Shown here one piece after another: positions 1 through 9,712 of a stretch of 64,000 bases of DNA (within the stretch, counting starts at the first letter, position 1; each line of letters opens with the position of its first letter). The notes beneath the pieces are model-generated. The model was given only the letters and a program-made list of their open reading frames with translations, had not been told where the DNA came from and searched no databases. The stretch is taken from NCBI GenBank assembly GCA_963835575.1, contig CAWIGG010000002.1:1280001-1344000 (forward strand). The letters run 5' to 3'. The position numbers and the translations under genes were made by a program. The stretch comes from an uncultured Spirochaetota bacterium. GTDB lineage: Bacteria; Spirochaetota; Brevinematia; Brevinematales; JAOACQ01.

Positions 1-1
1 G

Positions 2-652
2 TTTTATTATCTCACAGAGCTTGAGCGCTTCCTCTATATTAAAATGCGTCGGATGGGTCTCCCAGCGTAACGCGTTGACTATCAGTATTTTAGTGCCTTC
101 AAGCAGTTTAATGCTTTTTTCCGGGATATAACTCGCGTCCGTCAGATATGAAAGCGAATTCATTCTATATCCAAGGATCGGGATCTCTCCATGCATGATT
201 GGAATGGGAATAATCCCCTGCTCCTTTATATAAAAATCCTTCTTAACACGGTTTAAATTAACCTGCGGTTTTCCGCCGCCTTCCTGCGTTTTTTTAAATA
301 TATAGCCGAAGCGGACATGTATTTCCTGTAATGCCTCTTTATTACCGTAAATATCAACTTTCTTTTTCATCAGAAAGTTGTATTGACGCAGTTCATCCAG
401 CCCCCCGATATGGTCCTGATGCGAATGCGTGATGAGTACGCCGTCCAGCCAGTTGATATAATACCTTAAAGCCTGAAACCTGAAATCAGGACCTATATCT
501 ATAAGAATTCTGGTACCGGCTTCCGTCGACACAAACGCGCTTGTCCTCAACCTTTTATCTTTCGGATCGGCTGAAGTACAGACCTCGCAGCCGCAGCCCG
601 GGATCGGCACGCCGCTCGAAGTGCCCGTTCCAAGAAATATCAGTTTAGACAT
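2..652 (-). CDS. MBL-fold metallo-hydrolase (PhnP/YycJ-like), 3' end outside window
   Basis: Manual translation MSKLIFLGTGTSSGVPIPGCGCEVCTS...KRLRTSA...ITHSHQDHIGGLDELR shows the HxHxDH motif; start overlaps the rarA stop. Confidence 0.9.
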   Translation of the reverse strand, partial: MSKLIFLGTGTSSGVPIPGCGCEVCTSADPKDKRLRTSAFVSTEAGTRILIDIGPDFRFQALRYYINWLDGVLITHSHQDHIGGLDELRQYNFLMKKKVDIYGNKEALQEIHVRFGYIFKKTQEGGGKPQVNLNRVKKDFYIKEQGIIPIPIMHGEIPILGYRMNSLSYLTDASYIPEKSIKLLEGTKILIVNALRWETHPTHFNIEEALKLCEIIK

Positions 653-1946
653 CATCCCCTCTTTTTTTACCGTCGGATTTTCCGTCCAGCTTTTCCAGCC
701 AGTCCTTGATTTTCTTTTCAAAGCCGAGCGTGCCCGGAATATAATAGGAAACTTCTTTTTCAGTGTATTTCTGCCTGATATAATGATTATCAAAATCATG
801 AGGATATTGATAGCCGATGCCTCTGCCCAGTTCTTCCGCCCCGGAAAAGCTCGAGCTCCTGAGATGCGGCGGCACATTCATGATATTGCCGTTTTTAATG
901 TCTTCCTGGGCCTTATTCAGCGCCATGTATGCCGAGTTGCTTTTCGGCACTCCGGCGAGAAGCGCTGTAGTAAATGCCAGAACTATCCTGCCTTCCGGCA
1001 TACCGATCTTCTCGATCGCCTCATAACAGCTCACGGCGGCCGGGAGCCCTTCGGGATAAGCCAGGCCGATGTCCTCGGATGAAAGTATGATAAGCCTCCG
1101 CGCGATAAAAAGAGGGTCTTCGCCCCCTTCCAGCATCAGCGCAAGATAATAGAGCGCCGCGTCCACATCGCTGCCGCGGACTGATTTTATGAAAGCCGAA
1201 ATGACGTCGTAATGGCCTTCCTTGTCTGAGTATTTTGTATCGACGGACTGGGTGATCTCAAGGAGAATTTCTTTTGTAATCTTGATTTCCTCTGAAACGC
1301 CCTGCGAAAAAACGGCCATTTCCAGGATATTCAGCACCCTCCGCGCGTCGCTGGAAAGCTCGATTAAAAGTTCCCTGGCGCCTTTCATGAATTTGATGCG
1401 CAGCTGAGATAAAACAGTGTCCTTCGCGAGAGCGTTATCCAGCACCTTTCCGATTTCTTCTTTTGTATGGTTTATAAATTCATAGATAAAAAGCCTGGAG
1501 CGCAGCGCGGGCTGCATGATGAAATAGGGATTTTCCGTTGTCGCCCCGATGACTGAGATCTCGCCGTTCTCAAGAGACGAAAGGAATGCGTCCTGCTTGG
1601 GTTTGATCAGCCTGTGGATCTCGTCGATAAAAACGATCGTTTTGACGCCGGAAAGAGCGTTCTCTTCAGCTTTATCCAGGATCCTGCGGATATTTTCCGT
1701 ATCCAGCGTCAGAGCGTTAGTTCTGATAAAACTGCAGTTCAGCTCATTGGCTATGATCTCGGCAAGACTTGTTTTTCCCGTAGCCGGCGGGCCGTAAAAG
1801 ATCATGGAATACACTGTTTTATTTTCAATCATCGTTCTGATGGGCTTGCCTTTATCGATAAGATGGGACTGACCGACAAATTCATCCAGGGTTTTCGGCA
1901 TCAAGCGCTTGGAAAGCGGGAGGTTTTTATTCTTGAAAAGTTCCAT
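645..1946 (-). CDS. rarA: Replication-associated recombination protein A (AAA+ ATPase, MgsA/RarA)
   Basis: Walker A GPPATGKT, FIDEIHR, GATTENP, SAFIKSVRGSD, SEDIGLA, YQYPHDF. Confidence 0.95.
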   Translation of the reverse strand: MELFKNKNLPLSKRLMPKTLDEFVGQSHLIDKGKPIRTMIENKTVYSMIFYGPPATGKTSLAEIIANELNCSFIRTNALTLDTENIRRILDKAEENALSGVKTIVFIDEIHRLIKPKQDAFLSSLENGEISVIGATTENPYFIMQPALRSRLFIYEFINHTKEEIGKVLDNALAKDTVLSQLRIKFMKGARELLIELSSDARRVLNILEMAVFSQGVSEEIKITKEILLEITQSVDTKYSDKEGHYDVISAFIKSVRGSDVDAALYYLALMLEGGEDPLFIARRLIILSSEDIGLAYPEGLPAAVSCYEAIEKIGMPEGRIVLAFTTALLAGVPKSNSAYMALNKAQEDIKNGNIMNVPPHLRSSSFSGAEELGRGIGYQYPHDFDNHYIRQKYTEKEVSYYIPGTLGFEKKIKDWLEKLDGKSDGKKRGDDV

Positions 1947-1975
1947 AATATTTTCCTGAAAATGCCGGAGAATAT

Positions 1976-3049
1976 TTATAACATCCGGACAAATTCGTCA
2001 AAGAGATACTGCGAATCATGAGGCCCCGGCGAAGCTTCCGGATGGTACTGGACTGAAAAAGCCTTATATTTTTTATGCCTGAGCCCCTCAACGGTATTAT
2101 CATTCAAATTGATATGGGTTATTTCCAGGTCGGAGGGTATGGCATCCTCAACAATGGAAAAACCATGATTCTGCGATGTGATTTCAACTTTACCCGTCAT
2201 TAGATTTTTTACAGGCTGGTTGGCGCCCCTGTGGCCGAATTTAAGTTTATAGGTCTTCGCTCCCAGTGCGAGCCCGAGCATTTGATGTCCGAGACAGATG
2301 CCGAATATGGGAATCCGGCCCATCAGGTCTTTTATGGTTTTAATCACATAAGTCACAGCGGCCGGGTCTCCCGGGCCGTTGGATACAAATAATCCGTCCG
2401 GTTTGAGCTTTAATATTTCGTCAGCCGAAAACGAGGCCGGTGTTAGAGTGATATTCAAATTTCTCTTTTCCAGGAGCCTGAGGATATTATGTTTAATTCC
2501 CGCATCAACAGCCACAATATGCGGCCTTCCCTCTTTAACTGAGCCCCAGATTTGAGGCTTTTTAAGGGTCACGGAAGGCACCAGGTCCAGTCCGTTCATA
2601 TCAGGAGCTTTAGACAGTTTATTTTTCAGGCTTTGAATATCAAAATCAATCGCTGATAAAATCCCGTTCATGGCGCCGGTGATGCGGATGATCCTTGTCA
2701 GCTTACGCGTATCAATGCCTTCAATACCGGTAATTTTATTGTTTTTTAAATACTCATCCAGGTTTCCGAGGCTGGACCAGTTCGAGTCGGTTTTAGAGGC
2801 CTCCCTGACGATAAGGCCGGAGGCCTGGATTTTATTCGATTCCGTATTCTCTTTGTTAACTCCGTAATTACCTATCAGCGGATAAGTCATAGTGATGATC
2901 TGGCCCGTATAGGAAGGATCTGTCAGTATTTCCTGATAGCCGGTCATGGAAGTATTAAAGACTACTTCTCCCGCTGTTTCGCCTTTGTACCCGAAACTTC
3001 TGCCCCTGAAGATCTCTCCATTCTCAAGCAGAAGTATTGCTTTATTCAT
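1976..3049 (-). CDS. carA: Carbamoyl-phosphate synthase small subunit
   Basis: GEVVFNTSMTGYQEILTDPSY, SNGPGDP, GICLGHQ, QYHPEASPGPHD. Confidence 0.97.
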   Translation of the reverse strand: MNKAILLLENGEIFRGRSFGYKGETAGEVVFNTSMTGYQEILTDPSYTGQIITMTYPLIGNYGVNKENTESNKIQASGLIVREASKTDSNWSSLGNLDEYLKNNKITGIEGIDTRKLTRIIRITGAMNGILSAIDFDIQSLKNKLSKAPDMNGLDLVPSVTLKKPQIWGSVKEGRPHIVAVDAGIKHNILRLLEKRNLNITLTPASFSADEILKLKPDGLFVSNGPGDPAAVTYVIKTIKDLMGRIPIFGICLGHQMLGLALGAKTYKLKFGHRGANQPVKNLMTGKVEITSQNHGFSIVEDAIPSDLEITHINLNDNTVEGLRHKKYKAFSVQYHPEASPGPHDSQYLFDEFVRML

Positions 3050-3089
3050 TGATTTTCTCCCTTATTATTGTAGCATATAGAGTGAATTT

Positions 3090-3647
3090 TCACAAAAAGC
3101 GGGCACTATAGAGAAGAGCGATGATTGTTTTTGAATCTTCAATTGTACCATTTTGTATCATTTGAAGGGCTTTTTCAAAAGGCACAATTTTTACTTTGAT
3201 AAATTCATCCTCATCCAGGGATTGAGACTCAAGCGTTAAATCAGCGGATTTATAAAGCGTCAACCTTTCCGTGCTGTAACCCGCGCATGAATAATAGGAA
3301 CAGAGATACTTCATCTTCGCGGCTTTGTATCCTGTTTCTTCAAGCAGTTCTCTTTCAGCAGCTTCTTTCCTGTCTTCATCAGGGCTGTCCAGCTTGCCGG
3401 CCGGTATTTCAAGGAGAGATTTCCCTGCCGGATACCGGAACTGTTCGACAAGTATTATTTCCTTAGGATTTATAAACGGCACAATACCGACGGCTTCAGG
3501 ATAAAACACATAGTCTTTTTGAGCTTCCTTCCCGTTCGGAAGACTGACCCGGTCAGATTTAAAAGAAAATGATTTGCCCTGGTAGACAATTTTGCTTTGA
3601 AGTGTTTCTTCTATTAAATTATTTAAAGAAGCTTTGTCTGATTTCAT
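3090..3647 (-). CDS. NUDIX hydrolase (ADP-ribose pyrophosphatase-like)
   Basis: Nudix box EIPAGKLD...AAERELLEETGY, QFRYP, LDEDEFI; start taken at ATG 3647, overlapping the purF end. Confidence 0.88.
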   Translation of the reverse strand: MKSDKASLNNLIEETLQSKIVYQGKSFSFKSDRVSLPNGKEAQKDYVFYPEAVGIVPFINPKEIILVEQFRYPAGKSLLEIPAGKLDSPDEDRKEAAERELLEETGYKAAKMKYLCSYYSCAGYSTERLTLYKSADLTLESQSLDEDEFIKVKIVPFEKALQMIQNGTIEDSKTIIALLYSARFL

Positions 3648-5046
3648 TCTCAAACCCGCCTTTGGAAATAGGGCTGATGGGCGTCGGGTATTCCCCGTCA
3701 AAACAGGCTTTGCAGTAATCCTTCATATCACTTACGCTGTCGAATAGACCGCCCACACTGATATAGCCGACAGACTCCGTTCCGATAAATCTCGCGATTC
3801 CCTCAACTGTGGCCAGCTTATTGGCTAGAAGCTCTTCATAAGTCGAGAAATCTATACCGTAGTAGCATGGATACCGCACCGGCGGCGACGCCACCCTGAA
3901 ATGCACTTCCTTAGGATTACAGCTTCGCACTAATTTCACGATTTTCCGTGAAGTTGTTCCCCGCACTATGGAATCATCAATGAGAACCACTCTTTTCCCT
4001 TCTATCACTTCTTTTACAGGAATGAATTTCATTTTAACGCCGAAATCCCTGATCCTCTGGGAAGGCTCGATAAACGTCCTGCCGATATAATGGCTCCTGA
4101 TCAAACCCAGCGCCAGGGGTATCTTCGATTCCATGGAATAACCCAGCGCCGATACTATTCCCGAATCAGGTACGGGAATGATATAATCCGCCTCGACAGG
4201 ATGTTCCCGGGCCAGCTTTCTTCCGATCTCAAAACGGAAATTATAAACGCTTTTATCAAAAACCTGCGAGGAAGGCTTTGAAAAATAGATCAGCTCGAAT
4301 ACGCAGTGGTTTGTTTTAGGCTTTTTGTCCAGTATGGAATAGCTCTTCATACCGCTTTCGGTCACGGCTATGATCTCATTAGGCTGAACATCTTTGACTT
4401 TCACCGCTTCCACGATCGAAAAAGCGCTGTCTTCGGAAGAAAAAACGAGCGTCTCGCCCATTTCCGGTATATTAGCCCCTATTTTTCCTATGGAAAGCGG
4501 CCGGAAGCCCATCGGGTCCCTGGCTGCCAGCATCATATCCTTTGAAAGTATGAGGATTGAAAATGAACCCTCCAGCCGGGACAGAGCCAGCCGGACCGAT
4601 TCAACCAGGCTGTCCGCCGGAGCGTCGGCAATCAACTGCATAATCACTTCGCTGTCGCTTGAGGAATGAAAGCTCATTCCTTTTTTCATAAGTTCATCAC
4701 GGACAGCGTTCGCGTTGGTGATATTACCGTTATGGGCGACAGCTATGGCTCCCTTGGAAACAGCGGCTGTGATAGGCTGCGCGTTGACAAGCGTCGGAGA
4801 GCCCGTGGTCGAATATCTGACATGTCCGATCGCCCCGAAGCCCTGAAGATAGGATAGTTTATCCTCGTCAAAAAATTCAGAGACCTTTCCCAAACCCACC
4901 TGCTTGTATAAAAATGATCCGTCGGAACTGACTATTCCGCATGATTCCTGCCCCCTGTGCTGAAGCAGGTTCAACCCCAGATAAACATATCGGGCGGCTT
5001 CATTGAGACCGAATATTCCAAATATACCGCATTCTTCTTTGATCAT
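3619..5046 (-). CDS. purF: Amidophosphoribosyltransferase (propeptide, Fe-S type)
   Basis: EECGIFG N-terminal nucleophile, LQHRGQES, GHVRYST, VLIDDSIVRGTT; Fe-S cysteines CVFE, PCYYGID, CKACF. Confidence 0.97.
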   Translation of the reverse strand: MIKEECGIFGIFGLNEAARYVYLGLNLLQHRGQESCGIVSSDGSFLYKQVGLGKVSEFFDEDKLSYLQGFGAIGHVRYSTTGSPTLVNAQPITAAVSKGAIAVAHNGNITNANAVRDELMKKGMSFHSSSDSEVIMQLIADAPADSLVESVRLALSRLEGSFSILILSKDMMLAARDPMGFRPLSIGKIGANIPEMGETLVFSSEDSAFSIVEAVKVKDVQPNEIIAVTESGMKSYSILDKKPKTNHCVFELIYFSKPSSQVFDKSVYNFRFEIGRKLAREHPVEADYIIPVPDSGIVSALGYSMESKIPLALGLIRSHYIGRTFIEPSQRIRDFGVKMKFIPVKEVIEGKRVVLIDDSIVRGTTSRKIVKLVRSCNPKEVHFRVASPPVRYPCYYGIDFSTYEELLANKLATVEGIARFIGTESVGYISVGGLFDSVSDMKDYCKACFDGEYPTPISPISKGGFENEIRQSFFK

Positions 5047-5081
5047 CCTTTTCCTATCCCCTCTTTTTTCTTTTTGCCTGG

Positions 5082-5846
5082 TTACTTTATATAGAGCTTT
5101 CTAATCTTCAAATATTCATCTTTTTTAGTCGTTGAATAAACACAAAACTGATTTTTTCCCAGAAACTTCGCTTCATAAAGCGCGTTATCCGCCTCATTCT
5201 GCAGTCTCTGAAAGAGTTTTTCCACGCCTTCCTGGTCCAGGATCTTTTTATCTGCAAACTGATAATCCACATAAGATATTCCGCCGCTGACAGTCACAGT
5301 CAGTTTTTCCGTCCCCAGCTCGACGATGATATGCCTGATCCTGTCCATGATTTTATTGCAGAAAACAATCGCGCCTTTAACATCAGTGGAAGGCAGAATA
5401 ACGTCAAATTCCTCCCCGCCGAAACGGATGGCATAATCGGTAGGCCTTGAATTTTCTCTGATTACCGAGGCGATCTTAATCAGGACTTTATCGCCGACCT
5501 CATGACTGTATTTATTATTAAAATGAGAAAAATCATCAATGTCGAAACGGACAAAAGATATGGGATATATGACCCCTTTCATCCCGAAAAAGATCCGGGA
5601 AGCGGTTTTGATAATGGTGATCAAATAATCACTTTTATATTTAAGAAGATTGGTTTTTTCATCAATATCAACTTTTCTTTCCAGGAGCCTGTACTTGTCA
5701 ACAAGTGAAAAATACTCAAGCTCGGAGAGCCTGAGGCATTCAACAATATCATCGGTAACGGCATCATAATTAAGCAGATGGGTCAACAGCTGAATATTCC
5801 TGATTTGAAAATCGGTCAAGGTTCTTTCTTCTTTTTTTGCCTTCAT
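5082..5846 (-). CDS. GGDEF-domain diguanylate cyclase
   Basis: DEKTNL, FDIDDFSHFNNKYSHEVGD, RFGGEEF, ADNALYEAKFLGKN. Confidence 0.9.
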   Translation of the reverse strand: MKAKKEERTLTDFQIRNIQLLTHLLNYDAVTDDIVECLRLSELEYFSLVDKYRLLERKVDIDEKTNLLKYKSDYLITIIKTASRIFFGMKGVIYPISFVRFDIDDFSHFNNKYSHEVGDKVLIKIASVIRENSRPTDYAIRFGGEEFDVILPSTDVKGAIVFCNKIMDRIRHIIVELGTEKLTVTVSGGISYVDYQFADKKILDQEGVEKLFQRLQNEADNALYEAKFLGKNQFCVYSTTKKDEYLKIRKLYIK

Positions 5847-5848
5847 AG

Positions 5849-8401
5849 TTATCCTCCCGCTTTCATCCCCATTAAATCCATTGCTTTCCGGACTGCTCCG
5901 ACGGCATCAGAAGAATAATAAGCGCCAATGCTTTCTGCAAATTCACGGGTTACAGCCGCACCCCCTATCATAACTTTTATTTTATGTCCTTTTTTCTTTA
6001 AAAGCTCCATAAATTCCTTCATCTTCGGCATCGTTGTCGTCATAAGCGCTGAGAGGCCGATGATGTCGGCGCTTGCCCTGACGGCTTTCTCCAATATGAT
6101 TTCATTCGGGACGTCTTTCCCGAGATCAATTACATCAAAACCGTAGTTTTTAAATATGAGGATCACGATATTTTTACCGATGTCATGTACATCGCCCCGG
6201 ACCGTGGCAAAAACAGCCTTCCCTTTAATATGGGCCGAACCCTTTTTTAAATGCGGCTCGATCAGGGTAAATGCCGTTTTCATCGCCTCTGCTGAAAGCA
6301 TCAACTGGGGCAGAAAATAAACCCGTTTTTCATAAAGGCTGCCGACTTCCGTAATGGCCGGTATTAAATAATCGTTTAAAAGCTTTGAAGGATCTGTCTT
6401 CTGCGACAGCGCTTCATTAACCAGTTCCGCCATACTTTCTTTATTTCCGTTTAATACAGCTTGGCGTAATCTCTCTTCAATAGTAATAAAACCAGCTGTT
6501 GTATGTGTTGATATATCCTGTCCTGGATGCATTTGCTTTTCTTTTGACAAATCTATTATTTTTTCACTATTCTTGTTTTTTTCGATTTTATCATCAGGGG
6601 TAATTACTCCAATTTTTACTTTTGGTCCGGAAGTGATCTGTCCGGAATATTTATTAATATAATTTTTAGCATTTATATCTTTGCTTAAAATAACATCAGA
6701 TGCGTTTACAAGCCCCATCAATTCCTCATCGAAAGGATTTACGATTGCCGATGTCAAACCGCAGGCTGTTGCCATTGAAAGAAAATTCCGGTTGATATAG
6801 CCTCGTGCCGGAAGCCCGAAAGAAACATTCGAGAGCCCCATCGTTGTAAAAAGCCCAAGTTCTTCTTTATACATTCTGATGGTTTTTAAAGTTTCCTCTG
6901 CCCCTTTCTGCTCGGCGCTGACTGTCAGCACCAGCGGGTCAGCCAGAATATTCTTTTTATCAATTCCCAGAGCCGCCGCTTCGTCCATGATCTTTTTCAT
7001 CAGTATGATCCTTTCTTTGGCTGTCTGAGGTATGCCTTTTTCATCAATCGGCAATGCAATGAACGCGGCCCCGTACTTTTTAACTTCCTTGAGCAGTTTT
7101 AACCTTTCCTTTTCAGCAGAAACGGAATTAAGCAGAGGTTTACCGGGATAAAGCTTCATCGCCAGTACAGCCGCTTTAGAGTTCGCAGTATCGATTGCCA
7201 GGGGTAATTTAACCAGATTGCTGAGGATCTCTATCCCCTTCTCAAAGAGCCTCGCTTCATCCTGCCCGGCTATCCCCATATTCATATCGAGAATATGCGC
7301 CCCGGCTTTTTCCTCCGCAAGCGCCTCTTCCCTGAAGAGCGTATAATGGTCTTTTAAAATATCCTCCGAGAGCTTTTTCCTCGCTGTCGGATTAAGCCTT
7401 TCCCCTATCACCGCAAAAGGCAGGTCAAAGCCTATTTTTTGAATCTGATACCGGCTTGAGAGTTTGAGAAAATCAATCGGATATTTTTTTCTTTTTATGT
7501 AAGGTTTTAATTCCATTGATTTATCATGCAGAAGCCGGATATATTCCGGGGTTGTCCCGCAGCATCCTCCCACCGCGTTCACCCCATGTTCTATCATCTT
7601 AAGAGCGTCTTCCATATATGTTTCCGGAGTGCCGTTAAATACTGTTGTATTGCCTTTAAGCCTCGGCAAACCCGCGTTTGCCTGCGCGATGACGGGAATC
7701 GATACGAGCCCCTCAATACTACGGATGATATTGACCATATCCGCCGGGCCTGTCCCGCAGTTGGTCCCCGCCATATCTACACCGAGCGCCTCCAGAAGCG
7801 TAAATGCCGCTTCGGGGGTACTGCCTGTAACGGTCCTGCCGTCTTTTTCAAAAGTGACGCTGGCTATTACCGGCAGGCCGCAGATTTCCCTGCATGCGAT
7901 GATTCCAGCCTTCAATTCCAGAATATCAATATGGGTTTCAAAGAATATGCAGTCGGCGCCTGCGTTCGCTAGAGCTTCAATCTGTTCTTTATAGATATCC
8001 TTCATCTCATCAAAAGTGAGCGGCCCCAGAGGCTTGACGAATTTTCCCGTCGGCCCCACGTCGCCCGCTACCAGCGCTTTATTGCCCGCTTCTTTTTTTG
8101 CCAGTCTGACGGCAGTTTCATTTATTTCCTTTATTCTATTTTCCAGCTTATATTCAGAAAGTTTGATCCTGTTCCCGCCCAGGGTATTTGTAATTATAAG
8201 ATCGCTTCCCGCTTCGATATAACTTTTGTGAACAGAAGAAACAACATCGCCGCGCGTTATATTCCATAATTCAGGGCAATCCCCTCCGCCAAGCCCGTAT
8301 TTCTGAAGAAACACTCCCATGGAACCGTCGCTGAATACAAGGCTCTTTTGCGCTTTCTCAATAAATTCTTTCCAATTCACCCTCGCTTTCTCCTTTCCCA
8401 T
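5849..8401 (-). CDS. metH: Cobalamin-dependent methionine synthase (Hcy, pterin, cap and B12 domains; no AdoMet activation domain)
   Basis: DGSMG, GTNCG, GGCCGTTP, IGERLNPT, GLSNVSFGLP, FLPQL, DVHDIGKNIV, LSALMTTT. Confidence 0.9.
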   Translation of the reverse strand: MGKEKARVNWKEFIEKAQKSLVFSDGSMGVFLQKYGLGGGDCPELWNITRGDVVSSVHKSYIEAGSDLIITNTLGGNRIKLSEYKLENRIKEINETAVRLAKKEAGNKALVAGDVGPTGKFVKPLGPLTFDEMKDIYKEQIEALANAGADCIFFETHIDILELKAGIIACREICGLPVIASVTFEKDGRTVTGSTPEAAFTLLEALGVDMAGTNCGTGPADMVNIIRSIEGLVSIPVIAQANAGLPRLKGNTTVFNGTPETYMEDALKMIEHGVNAVGGCCGTTPEYIRLLHDKSMELKPYIKRKKYPIDFLKLSSRYQIQKIGFDLPFAVIGERLNPTARKKLSEDILKDHYTLFREEALAEEKAGAHILDMNMGIAGQDEARLFEKGIEILSNLVKLPLAIDTANSKAAVLAMKLYPGKPLLNSVSAEKERLKLLKEVKKYGAAFIALPIDEKGIPQTAKERIILMKKIMDEAAALGIDKKNILADPLVLTVSAEQKGAEETLKTIRMYKEELGLFTTMGLSNVSFGLPARGYINRNFLSMATACGLTSAIVNPFDEELMGLVNASDVILSKDINAKNYINKYSGQITSGPKVKIGVITPDDKIEKNKNSEKIIDLSKEKQMHPGQDISTHTTAGFITIEERLRQAVLNGNKESMAELVNEALSQKTDPSKLLNDYLIPAITEVGSLYEKRVYFLPQLMLSAEAMKTAFTLIEPHLKKGSAHIKGKAVFATVRGDVHDIGKNIVILIFKNYGFDVIDLGKDVPNEIILEKAVRASADIIGLSALMTTTMPKMKEFMELLKKKGHKIKVMIGGAAVTREFAESIGAYYSSDAVGAVRKAMDLMGMKAGG

Positions 8402-8447
8402 GACCTATTCATTCTATAATACTTTGTGAAAAATTCCCACTTTTTTT

Positions 8448-9332
8448 TTAATTTACATGCCCCTCCAGATAGGAATGGATCTCTTTAAAAACCTTTGTTC
8501 TCAAAAGCCTGCTTTCTCCGCAAAGATCATGGTTGCCGCCTTCAATGTATGCTATTTCACTATTTTTAAATTTATCTTTTAAAAAAGGAATATTGTATTT
8601 CCAATCAACAACAATATCCTTATTTCCCTGGATGATTTTAATTTTTTCATCCGATTCCGGATAATTAACAATACTTTTATTCCACTCCATAAATGAACTG
8701 ACCCATCCCATCGGGATTATTTTGACCTGAAGCGGATCATCGCGTTTTATAAAATCCAAATATTCCTTATCCGAACTGGTCTTTCTGAAAAACCTCGGTA
8801 CAGACTTAATTAAAGGAACTAATAACTTATTTGCAGCTCGGAATAATGTCCAGAATTGGGTACGGATCAGGGGTGCCAGGAATACAGCCCCGGCAAAAGC
8901 GCTTTTATTTTGATAGAGGTATTCCAGGTAAGCGGAACATCCTGTGCTATGGCCGATAAAATATAAAGGTTTTTGAAAATGATCTGCAATAATGGATTGG
9001 ATTTGATTAATTATCCTGCCGTACAGCCCGAATGAATCAATGTCTCCCCGCCGGCCTTCTGAAAGGCCATGCCCGGGAAGGTCCATACAAATAACAGCGT
9101 ACTCTTTTCCTATCAGATATTCAATAAGATACCTGAAAATGCCTGAATGAACCATATATCCATGGACAAGAATAACTGTCCTTTTAATTTTAGCCGGTTG
9201 TAAAACATGAACAAATACTTTATAACGATCTATTTTAACATACCCGATATTATGATTAATACCATTTATATTAAGCTGATAATGTTTTAAATACTCTGTC
9301 AAATTCAAAGTTAAGATGGTTTTCCGTTTCAA
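8448..9332 (-). CDS. Alpha/beta hydrolase (lysophospholipase-like); true start uncertain
   Basis: LVHGY, DLPGHGLSEG, GHSTG nucleophile elbow, QGNKDIVVD, GNH. Confidence 0.85.
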   Translation of the reverse strand: MKRKTILTLNLTEYLKHYQLNINGINHNIGYVKIDRYKVFVHVLQPAKIKRTVILVHGYMVHSGIFRYLIEYLIGKEYAVICMDLPGHGLSEGRRGDIDSFGLYGRIINQIQSIIADHFQKPLYFIGHSTGCSAYLEYLYQNKSAFAGAVFLAPLIRTQFWTLFRAANKLLVPLIKSVPRFFRKTSSDKEYLDFIKRDDPLQVKIIPMGWVSSFMEWNKSIVNYPESDEKIKIIQGNKDIVVDWKYNIPFLKDKFKNSEIAYIEGGNHDLCGESRLLRTKVFKEIHSYLEGHVN

Positions 9333-9569
9333 ATCAAGCCTTTTTAATTCTTTCCTGATTTCCGGAATTGAATTGATGATTGATGCCTCCTGGCCGGAGC
9401 AGGCTAATAAGCTGTATTAATAAAATCATTATGATTTATGTGCCCTATTTCATTTCATAACAACAATTTCAAGATAATATAATATACACTATTTTTCTTA
9501 AATTGTCATTTATTTCCTTTATAGTTAAACAATATATTAAAACCTGGAAAGTGATTTCTTAATTAATTT

Positions 9570-9670
9570 TCACACAGAGACGCAAAGTTCTCAAAGGTCA
9601 GTAAATATGAGATTGTTTTCTTTGCGTTCGGCGCCTGTCCCGAGTCCAATTGAGGGACGCCTTTGCGTGA
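9570..9670. repeat. Periodic inverted-repeat (REP-like) element with nested insertion
   Basis: Left arm CACACAGAGACGCAAAGTTCTCAAAG; right arm CTTTGCGTTCGGCGCC[TGTCCCGAGTCCAATTGAGGGACGCC]TTTGCGTGA. Confidence 0.7.
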
Positions 9671-9712
9671 TATGAGCGATTTTTTTATCACTGATTACCA
9701 AAGCTCCCTCCG

